Made by a program: the position numbers and the translations under genes. The notes under the pieces were generated by a model, which had not been told where the DNA came from, did not search any database, and saw only the letters and a list, made by a program, of their open reading frames with translations. A stretch of 64,000 nucleotides of DNA from Callorhinchus milii. Lineage: Eukaryota. Positions 41,985 through 53,245 of the stretch are shown piece after piece; position 1 is the first letter of the stretch, and every line of letters starts with the position of its first letter. Location of the stretch: NCBI RefSeq assembly GCF_018977255.1, contig NW_024704742.1:7566001-7630000 (forward strand), given 5' to 3'.

Positions 41985-42430
41985 GCCTACAAAATATACA
42001 GTCAATTCACTTTACAGTATATTCTGTGAAGCGCTTTGAGACGTCTCGAAGACGTGATAAGGCGCTGCATCAAATGCAAGGTTTATTGCATTTGAGTGGA
42101 GTCCTGTAGCTCAGTGGTTAGAGCGCTCACTTTGCAAGCGAGACACCTGAGTTCAATTCCAGGCAGAGGGCGAATCCTTGGGCAAGTCTCCTTACTCCAC
42201 ACAGAGCCTAATAATAATCCCTCCAAAACCAAAAACAATAATAAATTGGTCATTTTCAATCTACGACTGTTTGTGGGACATTGCTGTGCGTAATTGGCTG
42301 CTGCTTTCGCCCACAAATATACAGTCAATTCACTTTACAGTGTATTCTGTGAAGCGCTTTGGGACATCCTCCCAACGTGAAAAGCGCTATATCAAATGCA
42401 AGGATTATTATTATTATTATTATCATTATT
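41985..42430 (+). mobile_element. Tandem SINEs: 3' fragment followed by a full-length short-variant copy (42098-42430)
   Basis: Second copy starts ggagtcctgtagctcagtgg directly after the first copy's tail. Confidence 0.88.
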
Positions 42431-42924
42431 ATAAATGGAAAATAATTGTGTTGCTCCCCCAGTTGTGAATACAACTACTACTAATAATAATAATGGCCAT
42501 TTCTGGGACACTTTATGGCCATTTCCGGGACATTGCTGCATGCTTACTGACTGCCTCGTTTTCCTACAAACATACAGTTGAAAGCAATTAACTTTGACAC
42601 TTTTGAGGTTCTATCTAATACAAGGATTAATATTTGTTATTTTAATACAAATAGCTGCAGCAACTGTGCGGTGTCCTGCAATGCTACTTCCTCGCCGACT
42701 ATCCGTTGGGATTCTGATGTACCAGCAAGAAAGCTGGCCAGCCGTCCATTCCAATCACCACTGTTTATTTGGCACCGCCTGAAAGATTAACATAGAGCAG
42801 TGCCTCCAGGCTAGGCACTGTGACACTTGGTGTGTCAGCAACCCCACTGATGCATCATTAGTGAATGGAATTTATCCTTTAGACTGAGATTTGTATATAA
42901 AAAAATGCCTGAACGTCTGAATTA

Positions 42925-43025
42925 AACACAGGCCTGATGGTAGAAACGCACAACTGGGAAAGCTAGCAACGAAACGAGAGAGAAAGGGGCAAACGTTTCG
43001 GGTCGAACCCTTCATCAGAACTAAT
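42925..43025 (-). mobile_element. Penelope-like element terminal-repeat relic with hammerhead core
   Basis: Minus strand agttCTGATGAagggttcgacccGAAAcgtt followed by a pyrimidine-rich segment, the layout I recall for shark Penelope-type repeats. Confidence 0.65.
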
Positions 43026-43589
43026 GTTCGGCTGGGAGGCGATCACAGGGACTTGATTTAACTGATTCAAGTTCCTCTTTGTTGTTGAGTTTAGCCTTGA
43101 CAGGTGGTGTGATGGCAGCCTGGCAGTCGAAGGCCTGATCACAAGAGAGGTTCAGATGAGCCCATTTGATCTCATTCCTCCAGAACGTCTACGCGACTGT
43201 CTTGAATGAATCCAGCGACCTGACCTCGGTTATCTTTCCCGGTAACCTTCTTCAGTGCGAATGTTGAACGAGAGTAAATGAAATGCAAATTTAACATTTC
43301 GTTTGTCTGCTGATTCAAGCCTGTTCCTCTCAAGCTAGAATTTGATGCAGAAGTACAGCTTTGTTTCCCCCTGAATAGCACTGACGGCATCTGAGAGATG
43401 CACAGACCATCCAAACCCTTATAATCAACCGTTTAAATCTGAAGATTATTCACAAATAAATTTACTGAATAATATCCATTTCTAATTGATAAATCCTGGG
43501 TCTATCCTTGTACCAGGCCAGGAAACAACCCATTTAAGAAGTGATAATTATTTCATCTGGTATGGGAAGATGTCGCAAAGCGCTTCACA

Positions 43590-43855
43590 GGTGAGCCTCA
43601 CCACATCTTTGAGACGTCTCAAAGCGCTTCACAGAATGTACCGTAAAATGAATTGACTGTATATTTTGTGGGTGAAACGCGGCAGCCAATTGCACACAGC
43701 AGTGTTCCGCAAATAGGCGTGGAATAAGTGACCAAATTATTATTTATTTATCTTTTGTAATTGTTTTTTTGAGGGGCTTATTGCCCCTGGAAAAGCAATC
43801 TGCCAATTGACTAACAACCAGGTTCCTATTTACTGCTAGGTTAACAGAGGCATGA
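43590..43855 (-). mobile_element. SINE, long variant
   Basis: Same body. Confidence 0.85.
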
Positions 43856-44749
43856 CTCATGTGTTGGCATTCCTTCTTCTACATCCCAGTGGAGTTTAAC
43901 ATGGCAGAAGCTTGCTGTCGATATTAATTATATAGTGCGGAATGACCATAACGAATGATGTAACCAATGTCCAAGCCAGTGATCTTACAGTCAATACATT
44001 TCCATTGAAATAGCATTTTCAAGGCACCAAGGTGCTGCTATGAATTTAAATTGTCCTTAATTAAGCTGTACGTTTTAGGGAAAAGCTAATGAATAAAAAT
44101 GTATGATGTGTTCTGCAATGATCTCATGTGTTTAATAGCATTTCCAAACCAGCTCTTTTTAATCACTAATAAGCAGAAGTTACAGCGTTCAAAAAAAAAT
44201 TGAGTCAGTGAAAGTACTGCAGGTTTTACTGGATCCAAAACGTCACCACTTTGTGACTGGATAAAAGTGTGACAGAGAACGTGTTTTGAGCCTGAGGGAA
44301 AAGCAAGAAATTTGAACTAGACACTAAAGAAATGATTCACTGTGAGTTGATTAGCGAGATACAGCCAGTGGGTTCTTGTATAAGTCCATTCACCCAGTCC
44401 CTTCTGATTATCGAAATCATGACTTTACTCAATGTGAACGCACATAAATTGATTAGATATTAAACTGGTTATTTTACCTAAGGACACTGCTTTGGAATAA
44501 ATGTTAAAAATACTACAAGCCAGCGTTTTGTTTCAGGACTGCTTTACTGACCTTTCAACGCCATTTAAACCTGTAAAAATCATTTACGTTCGGTTTCACT
44601 GAAACTGACCAAAGAGAAATCTCCAGTCACTTTAACTTAAGAGCAGGCGGGACCTGTGAGGAGTGAAAAGGTTACAAACTCAAGAGACGGTGAGATCTCA
44701 TTGTTTTGTCAAACTCAGTGTCAAGAGAATATTCAACCTCTTTCCTCCA

Positions 44750-44993
44750 CCAAATACTTTTTACACAGAGAGTTATTACGGTCTGGAATGCGCGGCCTGA
44801 AAGGGTGGTGGAAACAGATTCAATAACAACTTTCAAAAGGGAATTAGATAGGTACTTGAAGAGGGACAAATTGTAGGGGTATGGGGAAAGAGCGGGGGAA
44901 TGGGACTGATTGGGTAGCTTTTCCAAAGAGACGGCAAAGGCACAATGGGCCGAACGACCTCCTTCTGTGCTGTAATATTTTCTGATTCTATAT
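44750..44993 (+). mobile_element. CR1-clade LINE 3' end
   Basis: [33 protein letters not shown], then gggccgaacgacctccttctgtgctgtaa..gattctat tail typical of CR1. Confidence 0.88.
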
Positions 44994-45007
44994 GTGGCCT
45001 GACTTAC

Positions 45008-45217
45008 CCTGGTTGTGTAAGCTGCTTCTGGATCGTCCTCCAACACCCTGGAGAGGCCAAAGTCAGACACCTTACTGACCAGGTTACTGTTGACCAGGAT
45101 GTTCCGTGCAGCCAGATCCCGGTGTACGTAGCCCATGTCTGAAAGGTACCTCATTCCGGATGCAATTCCTCTTAATATTCCCACCAGCTGGATTACTGTA
45201 AAGTGGCCGTCGTTTTT
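45008..45217 (-). CDS. epha5: EphA5 exon (210 nt): catalytic loop [11 protein letters not shown], activation loop
   Basis: tctttag|AAA AAC...ACC AGG|gtaagt; encodes [70 protein letters not shown]. Confidence 0.97.
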
Positions 45218-45594
45218 CTAAAGAAATAGGTGAACAATTTTGTCATTATTCCATAGCTCTAGCATTAATGGAAAACTTTTTTTGAACAGAAAATTTCCCC
45301 ACCCCAACTCCCAAATATCCTGAAAAGAAATTGTCTTTTATTAAAATTCGCAGACATAAGTGGTAAGCATTGTGTTTCTTTAGAGTGTAGCCTAGAGATG
45401 CTTTCTGGATATATGTGTTGCATTATTCTATTACTTCATCAATGTTATTCTCAGTTATCCATTGACCTAACAGCCAACATAAGCTTTGACTGGCCATCAT
45501 TTCTCATTCTGTTCCTAATTCATGGGGAAAGAAGTACAACAATGACTGAAACAATAACAAACCATTTAATTTCTGAAATTTGGATAAAACTCAC

Positions 45595-45656
45595 CTTTAA
45601 AAAAGTGTCGAGAGAGCCATTCTCCATGTACTCAGTCACTATCATTACTGGTTTAC
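45595..45656 (-). CDS. epha5: EphA5 exon (62 nt): kinase hinge
   Basis: tttcaag|GT AAA...TTA AAG|gtgagt; encodes [21 protein letters not shown]. Confidence 0.96.
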
Positions 45657-45699
45657 CTTGAAACACACATCAAACAATAGAAGTTATTTCACTTAAAAC

Positions 45700-45892
45700 A
45701 TTTTTTTGAAGAGATTATTACCCTTGGAAAGCGATCTGCCAATCCACTAACAACCAGGTTCCTACTTACTGCTAGGTAAATAGAGATGTGTGGAGTAGGG
45801 AAACTTGCCTAATGTTTTGTCCTGTTTGCGGATCACACTGACGTCCTCTCGCTTGTAAGGCGAGTGCTCTAACCACTATGCTTACAGGACTC
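45700..45892 (-). mobile_element. SINE head and 5' body
   Basis: ggagtcctgtaagcatagtggttagagcactcgcc on minus strand. Confidence 0.82.
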
Positions 45893-46399
45893 CATCACAA
45901 GCTGCATTTTCACGGGCAAGGACACTATTACTGTTTTAGCAAGAGGAGTGCAAGTTATTTTCACCAGCAGAAATACACGTTTTATTTTTTATTGCCTGTC
46001 TGGTTTACACCACAGTTCATGCTTAGTTTTGAATTAAATCTGGTGAAGTTAAAGAAAATCCTTTCATCCCTCCAGGCTCATTGAGTAATAGTTCAGCATG
46101 ACTTCCTGAGAGTGTCATCAACACAGAGTGACCAAAATAGTTTATGTATCTATGTTTCACTGCAATTGTGTCGCCGTGATAGCATTTGGGTCACAAGGAT
46201 CGTCACCAACATCAACATCACTTTGTGTTTTGTTACATATTAACAGTAACCCTAATGACTTAGAAGTCAACTGTTTTGATGTGAAATCCAGCTGACGCTC
46301 TTGCACAGTGAATGGGGTTCACAGTGCAACCATCATAAAAGCTTTTAAGATAACTATAATAATTATAAATTATAAACATAACATAATTATAATTATAAA

Positions 46400-46575
46400 G
46401 ATAACAGCTTTTAAGAGAGAACTGGACAGGTATCTGGGGAAGACGGGTTTGTAGGGTTATGGGGAGAAAGCTGGTGATTGGGTTAGTGAAAGTGACTTGC
46501 TCTGTCAAAGAGCCGGCACAGACTCGATGGGCCGAATGGCCTCCTTCTGTGCCGTAACATGCTATGAATCTATGA
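46400..46575 (+). mobile_element. CR1 LINE 3' end
   Basis: gatgggccgaatggcctccttctgtgccgtaa tail. Confidence 0.8.
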
Positions 46576-49006
46576 ATCATCAAAGCAAATTGATGCTGTG
46601 TTATAATCCCCATACTGTATGAGTCTTATGCAAGATTTTAACTGGGATTTAGAAAATAAACAGAGATCAATACTTTCTGACACACCCTGGCAGCAGAACG
46701 AGTGGACACCATTTCAATATAACAGGTGTAACAAGCGGAGCAAAAGCTGTGTTCTACGATAGAAGAGCAAAGGAATTAAAATTGAATGCCCTAATTTAAT
46801 TTTTTTTCCCAAATAGTTGGGGCTAGATTCTTATGGGCTTTTGTTTTAGGCAAAGCATTTCCGCAAAACATCTATCGAAAGCAGCAATGTTCATTTTTGT
46901 ATTATCTACAAATTTGTCCTGACTAAACTGCAGGGTAAGCAATGTTATCTGGAGGAGATGATGAACACAGTGCTGCTAACCTTAACGTTTAATTATTATG
47001 TTATGGATCAGCAACTTTTAATGCAGACATTTATTTATCAAATACATTTCAACCGTTTTGTACCTCATTTCACGCAAATGTGGTTCTATGACATGGCATT
47101 AATTAAGCCTATGCTCTCTGAATTTAGCTATTAAGATATCTACCCTATCTAGTGAGAAATACATAATTACATTACAGCAATACAATGGCAACTGAAAATC
47201 CACCTCCCACCCACACCAACAATCATAACAGTTTACAAAAAAACTATTGGGAAAGTTTAACGAACACTATCAAGAATATTTTGGGGCCAGCCTTGTTTCT
47301 GTTATCTGCACCTTTACATTTCCCCACACCCCTGTTATACTGCACCCCTGTTATATTATCTTCTTCAAAAGAAACCTTGATTTTCACAATTATTCTTCAG
47401 GAAGTAACAATCAAACATCTTTGATTTTAGCAAAAGTTCACTTTCATACAGAAGTATAAAAACTAAAAATCTAAAAAAAAAGACTATAATCTATATGTGT
47501 AACTATAATAATCCCTGCTTTTGCATTTTGATATAGGGTCTTGTAAATTGCATATATATATCATTCAATATATAATAATGTTTGAGGGTAGTTACTGAAG
47601 AGTAAGACAAAGAGGCAATCATTTCCACAGCGCTCGATACAATTTGCAGCTAAAAGTAAAAGTCATCTGAAGACCAACAACTGTACCAAAGGGAAAAATT
47701 AAACTGATGTCTGATTAAATATTTAGCAGAGTTGATAGATTTGTAACAACAGATTGTGTGAAAACTATATGGCAATATGCTTCTTCCATCTTTGAATATT
47801 TAATTAAGATGCTTTGTGTCATTCTTGTCATCCACAGTGAAAGTTGTGTGCAGAAGTGATGCCCTGAATAGGGAAACTGCACAGTAACTATTGACTGAAA
47901 TTAAGAACAACACAACTGAATGTACCAATAGCCCATTTCAGGATATGAGATTGTGGTCTACCAAAAAGATAACAGCACTACTTTTAAAATAAATTGGGAA
48001 CTTGCTTAGCTTCTTCAATAAAAGAACAGTGGTTAGTAAAATCAAATTTGCAGTGAATAACAGTAACATACAGCTGTATATAACTATTGTGATCCGTTCT
48101 CTATTTCGCTTCCATTTTATTTCCTTGTTTATATTACAATGCTACTACTGAATAGAATCATTTCCGGAAATGTCACCATATCTGACCTACACTGAAACTG
48201 AGAATTTTAATTTATTTCCGATATGATAAGGCCATCGATTTGGGATTCATGTATATAAAAATATATATATAGAAAAAGTATAGCGTCAATTCTGCTATTA
48301 GGTAATAGAATTGACGCCAGTAGAGTCTTAGCACCTGCGTTGCTTTTGATAACGATTTGGCAGTATAAACATACCAGCACAATGCCGTCTCACAGTTCAT
48401 GCAGAGAACTATAATCATTATACAAAGAACAGGGGGAGAAATGTTTCAATATTGAGAATGAATTGGAAGAACTTTCCAAAATTATAATAATAATCCTTGA
48501 ATTTGATATTACGCTTTATCACGCAATGAGATGTCTCCAAACACCTCAGGGGACATGCTGTAAAGCGGAGTGACTGTGCGTTTTGTGTGTGAACTCGGCA
48601 GTCAATATGTACACAGCTATGTCCCAATCTTAAATTTTAAGGCCATGAGGAATTGTCATCATCATCCAATCATTGCATCATTCGTAAAAGGATTTCAGTC
48701 ACACAAATAATATTGCTTTTTCAGAAATATAAAATTTAACATACAATCCAGCTCAGCTGGATCTTTGTATATAAAGCGTTTTAGCTTTTATATATTTTTT
48801 GTACATGAATCCCAAATCGACGGTCTTAAATCAGAAATAAATTTAAACCCTTACTTTAAGCGCAGGATAGACATGGTGACCTTTGCAGAAATTATTCCTG
48901 TTGTAAATAATCGTATAACGCAGCTTCACGATTGGCATTTTCAGAGATTCACCTGATTTACTGTGTTACAAGATAAAGTATTGTTAATGAATAGAGCTAT
49001 ACGTAC

Positions 49007-49192
49007 TTTTAGTGACGACTCCCTCCAGGTGGATGATATTTGGATGGTCAAACTGGCCCATGATACTTGCTTCACCTAGGAAATCCCTGCGCTGTTTCTC
49101 TGTATAGCCAACCTTTAGAGTTTTGATGGCTACAGGAAATTCCCTCTTCCCAGCTAACTTCAAACGCCCACTGCACACCTCACCAAACTCGC
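49007..49192 (-). CDS. epha5: EphA5 exon (186 nt): kinase N-lobe (G-loop, VAIK)
   Basis: ttctag|GC GAG...AAA A|gtacgt; encodes [62 protein letters not shown]. Confidence 0.97.
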
Positions 49193-49279
49193 CTAGAATG
49201 AAAAGCAAGAGACTGCAATGTAAAATTATTCCAACTGGATGCATGCAAAGTGCAATACACTGCGCAATCCACAAACAAC

Positions 49280-49740
49280 AACTAGAACAACAACCACTTG
49301 CATTTATGTTGCGCCTCTCACATGGGGTAGGGTCGTGGATTGCTGAACAACGGCAGAGTTTGATACCGAGCCAAAGAGAAACGGGAGGTGACCGTAGACA
49401 CGGTCGAAATGGAAAGTCTTCTGGTGTGATTTGAAGACGGGTAAACAGGAGATGAGGCGGAGGGATTAAGGCAGAGGGTTCCAGAGGGCCGGAGTATAGT
49501 GCCTGAAAGCACGGTCACCAATGGTGGAGCGTAGGGCGTTAGAGGGCATACAGAAGGCCCGGGCGAAGGTGGGCGGGCAGAGGAATTGAATGTGAGTAGG
49601 TTGGAAAGGTAGGGAGGTTCTAGGGCATGAAGTAGTTTGTAGGTGAGTGTGAAATCGATCTGTTTTGTGATCCACAGGCAATGGAGCCTGCCAAGGACTG
49701 AGGCGACGGGCGTGTGGAGTTTGGTGCGGGAAAGAAAACA
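49280..49740 (-). mobile_element. L2 LINE 3' fragment filling most of a short EphA5 intron
   Basis: [20 protein letters not shown] motif and L2 tail. Confidence 0.82.
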
Positions 49741-49766
49741 AGAAAGATTTGTAGGATGTCACCTAC

Positions 49767-49892
49767 CCGCTCCGATTACTCTTTCAATGGCGATGCATGA
49801 TGCATCTATTTCCTTAGCAAATTCATGGACAGCTTGGCTTGGGTCCTCATACGTATGAGGATCAATGTACGTTCTTATACCTGGCAATTTAA
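49767..49892 (-). CDS. epha5: EphA5 exon (126 nt): juxtamembrane tyrosines and start of kinase
   Basis: aaacag|TT AAA...GCG G|gtaggt; encodes (I)[41 protein letters not shown]. Confidence 0.97.
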
Positions 49893-51229
49893 CTGTTTGG
49901 TGAAATTAAAGTACAAAATATTAGTACAATACTGTGCATAACAATAAAATAATGCAAACCAGATACTTTCACAATGTTTAATTTATACATTACAAGGCTT
50001 TTGTCTTTTTTTCCATTCATAAAGCTGTACATTTTGGTTTTAGTGATTTCTCTTAACCTGATGCCCACAGATAAGTTTCTAGTGCAGTTTTCCAGAGATA
50101 AGGGGTAATTCAACTGTATGCTTCAAATCCCTCCGACATGGATTATAAAATATGCCACTTCATTTTAAGCTCTTCACTCTTGATATCGTTCAGTCGCTAT
50201 GTAACATTATAGAATATTTCCTACATTTTTTAGACCGCTCACGTTTCATACCGAAGATGATCACCCTTTTCCATTTCATGGGCAGGAGAAAACCATTCTA
50301 AGGTCAAGTATATCCCAGAGAAGCACTTTCAATTCTATTTTGATAATGTTAGTGTCACCACCAAAATACTTCCCTCTACCCGTGTTGATAATGTAAAGGT
50401 ATTGCTTTACTATCCCCTTAAGAAGGGGTTTGGATAGTGCTTGATGCAGGCCAGTGTTGGGATTTTGTCCCACTGACACATCAAGAAGAGGTAAAAAATT
50501 GTTGGGAACGTGGACTATGTGGGCTGACCGAGAGCTCAGACTACCCACGGCCAGGATACATAACTCGGAAGAAAGGAGAGACACTCTTGGTTCTGTTGCC
50601 TCTGGGGGCAATGAGAAAATAAACCTGTTGAGGTCGCGCTCTGTGGCTCGAGGGGCAGCAAGTGGTACCTCCTCCTCAGTACATTGCTGTCAGTTACGCC
50701 TGCCACTGGGCACAGCACTGGAACATAAATGTAACTGCCAATCTGCGTCACTGATTAACTTGATGTCCATGAAGCTGACTAGCCAACAAAAAGATGGGTT
50801 ATTGACCATGTAACCCTCTGATCCGTTGAGATGAAGTAGAGGAAATCCTTAGAATCACGTTCACCCCTAACTATAAGTACAATTTAATACAAATTAAAGG
50901 AAGTAAGAATAAGAAACACATGCACTCCATGGATGGGCCAGAATTTGCCAAGGGGGAGTTGAAAAAGATCGAAGGGTGCTAGTTGCACCAAGTCAGTAGA
51001 ACTAGACAACATAGGTTTAGAGTTGCAAAGAGCAGATTCAGAATAGATACCAGTTTTTTCTTTGCTCAGAGAATAATTAATGACTGGAACAGGTTTCCAT
51101 GAAAATCGTCTGAAGCCAGCGCACTGGACTCATATAAAAAAAGCTTGTTGCTGTGATGGGAGGACAGGGATGGGTGTTCTTGAAGGATGATTCAGTTGGC
51201 TCAAAAGGCCTTCTTCATCTGAATTTGCA

Positions 51230-51560
51230 ATGCAATACAAAATTACATTTGTACAGCGTCTTTCACGTCGGGAGGAACTCCCAAGGTGCTGGACAGTCAA
51301 GCATTTGGACCCGAGATGGGGGGTTGGGATCAGAGAGGGTGGAGGAGCAGGGAGGGTAGGAGGGTGGCCAAAGACTCGGTCGAAGAGGAGGGTTTTGAGA
51401 CGCACCTTGAAGGGGCAAGGGAGGGAGTGAGGCAAAGGGAATGTGGGATGGAGTTCCATAGGATGGGGCAGAAAAGGCGGAAGGCCCAACTGCCGATGGT
51501 GGGGCGGGCCAGGGGGGGAATGTGGAGAGGTCACAGACTGCTGAGCGGACAGGTTGATAT
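51230..51560 (-). mobile_element. L2 LINE 3' end
   Basis: FKVRLKTLLFDRVF motif and L2 tail. Confidence 0.82.
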
Positions 51561-53149
51561 GAGATTGACAGGTTGAATTTATCTTGTGAACTCATTGCAT
51601 TAAATTTGGATTTTAGCAAGTTGGGAAAATAGGTAGATAGAACTCACATTGGTGGGGATCTGTAATAATTCAAGTTTACAAAATAAATCGCGATCTTAGG
51701 GAGCTTCTTCTCAAGCAGAGAAGCCACCCTGAAGTGTTGGCTGTATGAGTTTTGTAATGATCTCAGTCATACATGCAACCAACCCTTACATGAAATATGC
51801 ATGATTAACTGACAGACCCTTAATCACCGCCACAGCGCTTCACATCACACATTATTATCATGTTGGGTACATGTCGAAAATGGTGTGTTACAGAATATTG
51901 ATAATAATAATAATCCTTGCGTTTGGTATAGCGTCTTATCACGTCTTTGAGACGTCTCAAAGCGCTTCACAGGATATACTGTGGAGTGAATCGACTGATG
52001 CTGAAAATTGCGAAGTCAGATTGTGTGTGCGTGTGCGGCTTAGATTAAAATAGGAGTAGTGGACAGAGTGCAGTATTATAAATATAAATGAAGTTAGACA
52101 GGATTGAGGTTAGTAAGCACACCCGCAGCATCACAGAGAGTCAATAGCCCAGATTATTTGCATGTCACTTTGATGGATCATTGAATAAGTAGCATTTGGC
52201 CCCCGTGTTGCAAGTCTCCGGTAAACAAGATCCCAATCTCGATTGCGTCATTGAGGGAGATGCTCAATAGATGTTATGCGATTCTCCACAGAGAATGTGA
52301 GAGATACATAGAGAGAGAAAAATCATTGCCAGAGATTGCTGTCACAATTCCCGACCTCACGAGTTGTATTGGCAGAGTCTTGGGTTAGCATTTTCTTAAG
52401 ACTGAGGGTAGGAATTAGCGCAAGGCCATCGCGTCTTGCTCGGTGGCTTTGCTGTCGGATCTCATGCTAATCGCTTTGACTCCCTTTTATAGTTCACGCA
52501 AATTCTATATCGTTCACTGTTATGCTGTACACCAAAACCTGCTTATTCTTTGACTCCTTCAATTGAGTCTGAATTTGCCATGCTGCCCAGCAGTCTCGCT
52601 ACCTTGATGGGGATTGACATAGCGACAGATTCAAGATATTAATCACACAACCCTGGATGTGTTAGGGTCGGCTGTAAAGCTGGGTCTATGGGATTGGGAC
52701 TTTCAGCTTGTGACCTACGATACCCGATTACCGGTTACCAGGAGACCAGTTTATTACTAAAAACCTCAGATCCTACTCATGTCGCAGTCCGTGATCTCGA
52801 AGTGCAATGCTGCGCTCAGAAAATAGCTTGTGTTTCGGAGGCCAACACATCAAATGACAAGAAAAAAGCACCATTTCTTGGGCCATCTTTGATGCGATAG
52901 ATATCGAACATGATTAAATCGATGACCATACGTTAATACATCTCAGGCTTCACTTACAGTAGAGCAGCACTTCAGCGGCAGATCTTGTGTTGGTGAGAAC
53001 GCTGTCAATTCCCAGCCCTCAGTGTAAAGAAGGGGATTAAAGAGCACCAGGAACTCAGCATTCTACATCTATTTGAGTTTGCTCTATAATATGCAGGTGG
53101 GTCTTTGTTCACCGAATTAGTTTTCTTAGCTTATAATCATGTCACCTTG

Positions 53150-53245
53150 CCCTCTCTCTCTCTCTCTCTCTCTGTCTCTCGATCTCTTGCCCTCTCTCTC
53201 TCTCTCACTGTCTCTCGATCTCTTTCTCTATCCCTCTCTCTGCCT
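53150..53245. repeat. Imperfect (CT)n tract
   Basis: Directly visible. Confidence 0.85.

Noticed and set aside
42492..42535. Short tandem duplications (also ~57203-57243 and ~8930-8972)
   Set aside because: Local slippage within decayed repeats
44672..45007. Extension of the kinase ORF beyond AAYTTR
   Set aside because: Read-through past a consensus donor into an antisense CR1 fragment
50276..50813. ORFs of 111-119 aa in the intron
   Set aside because: No recognisable domain and no convincing splice sites; length is compatible with chance
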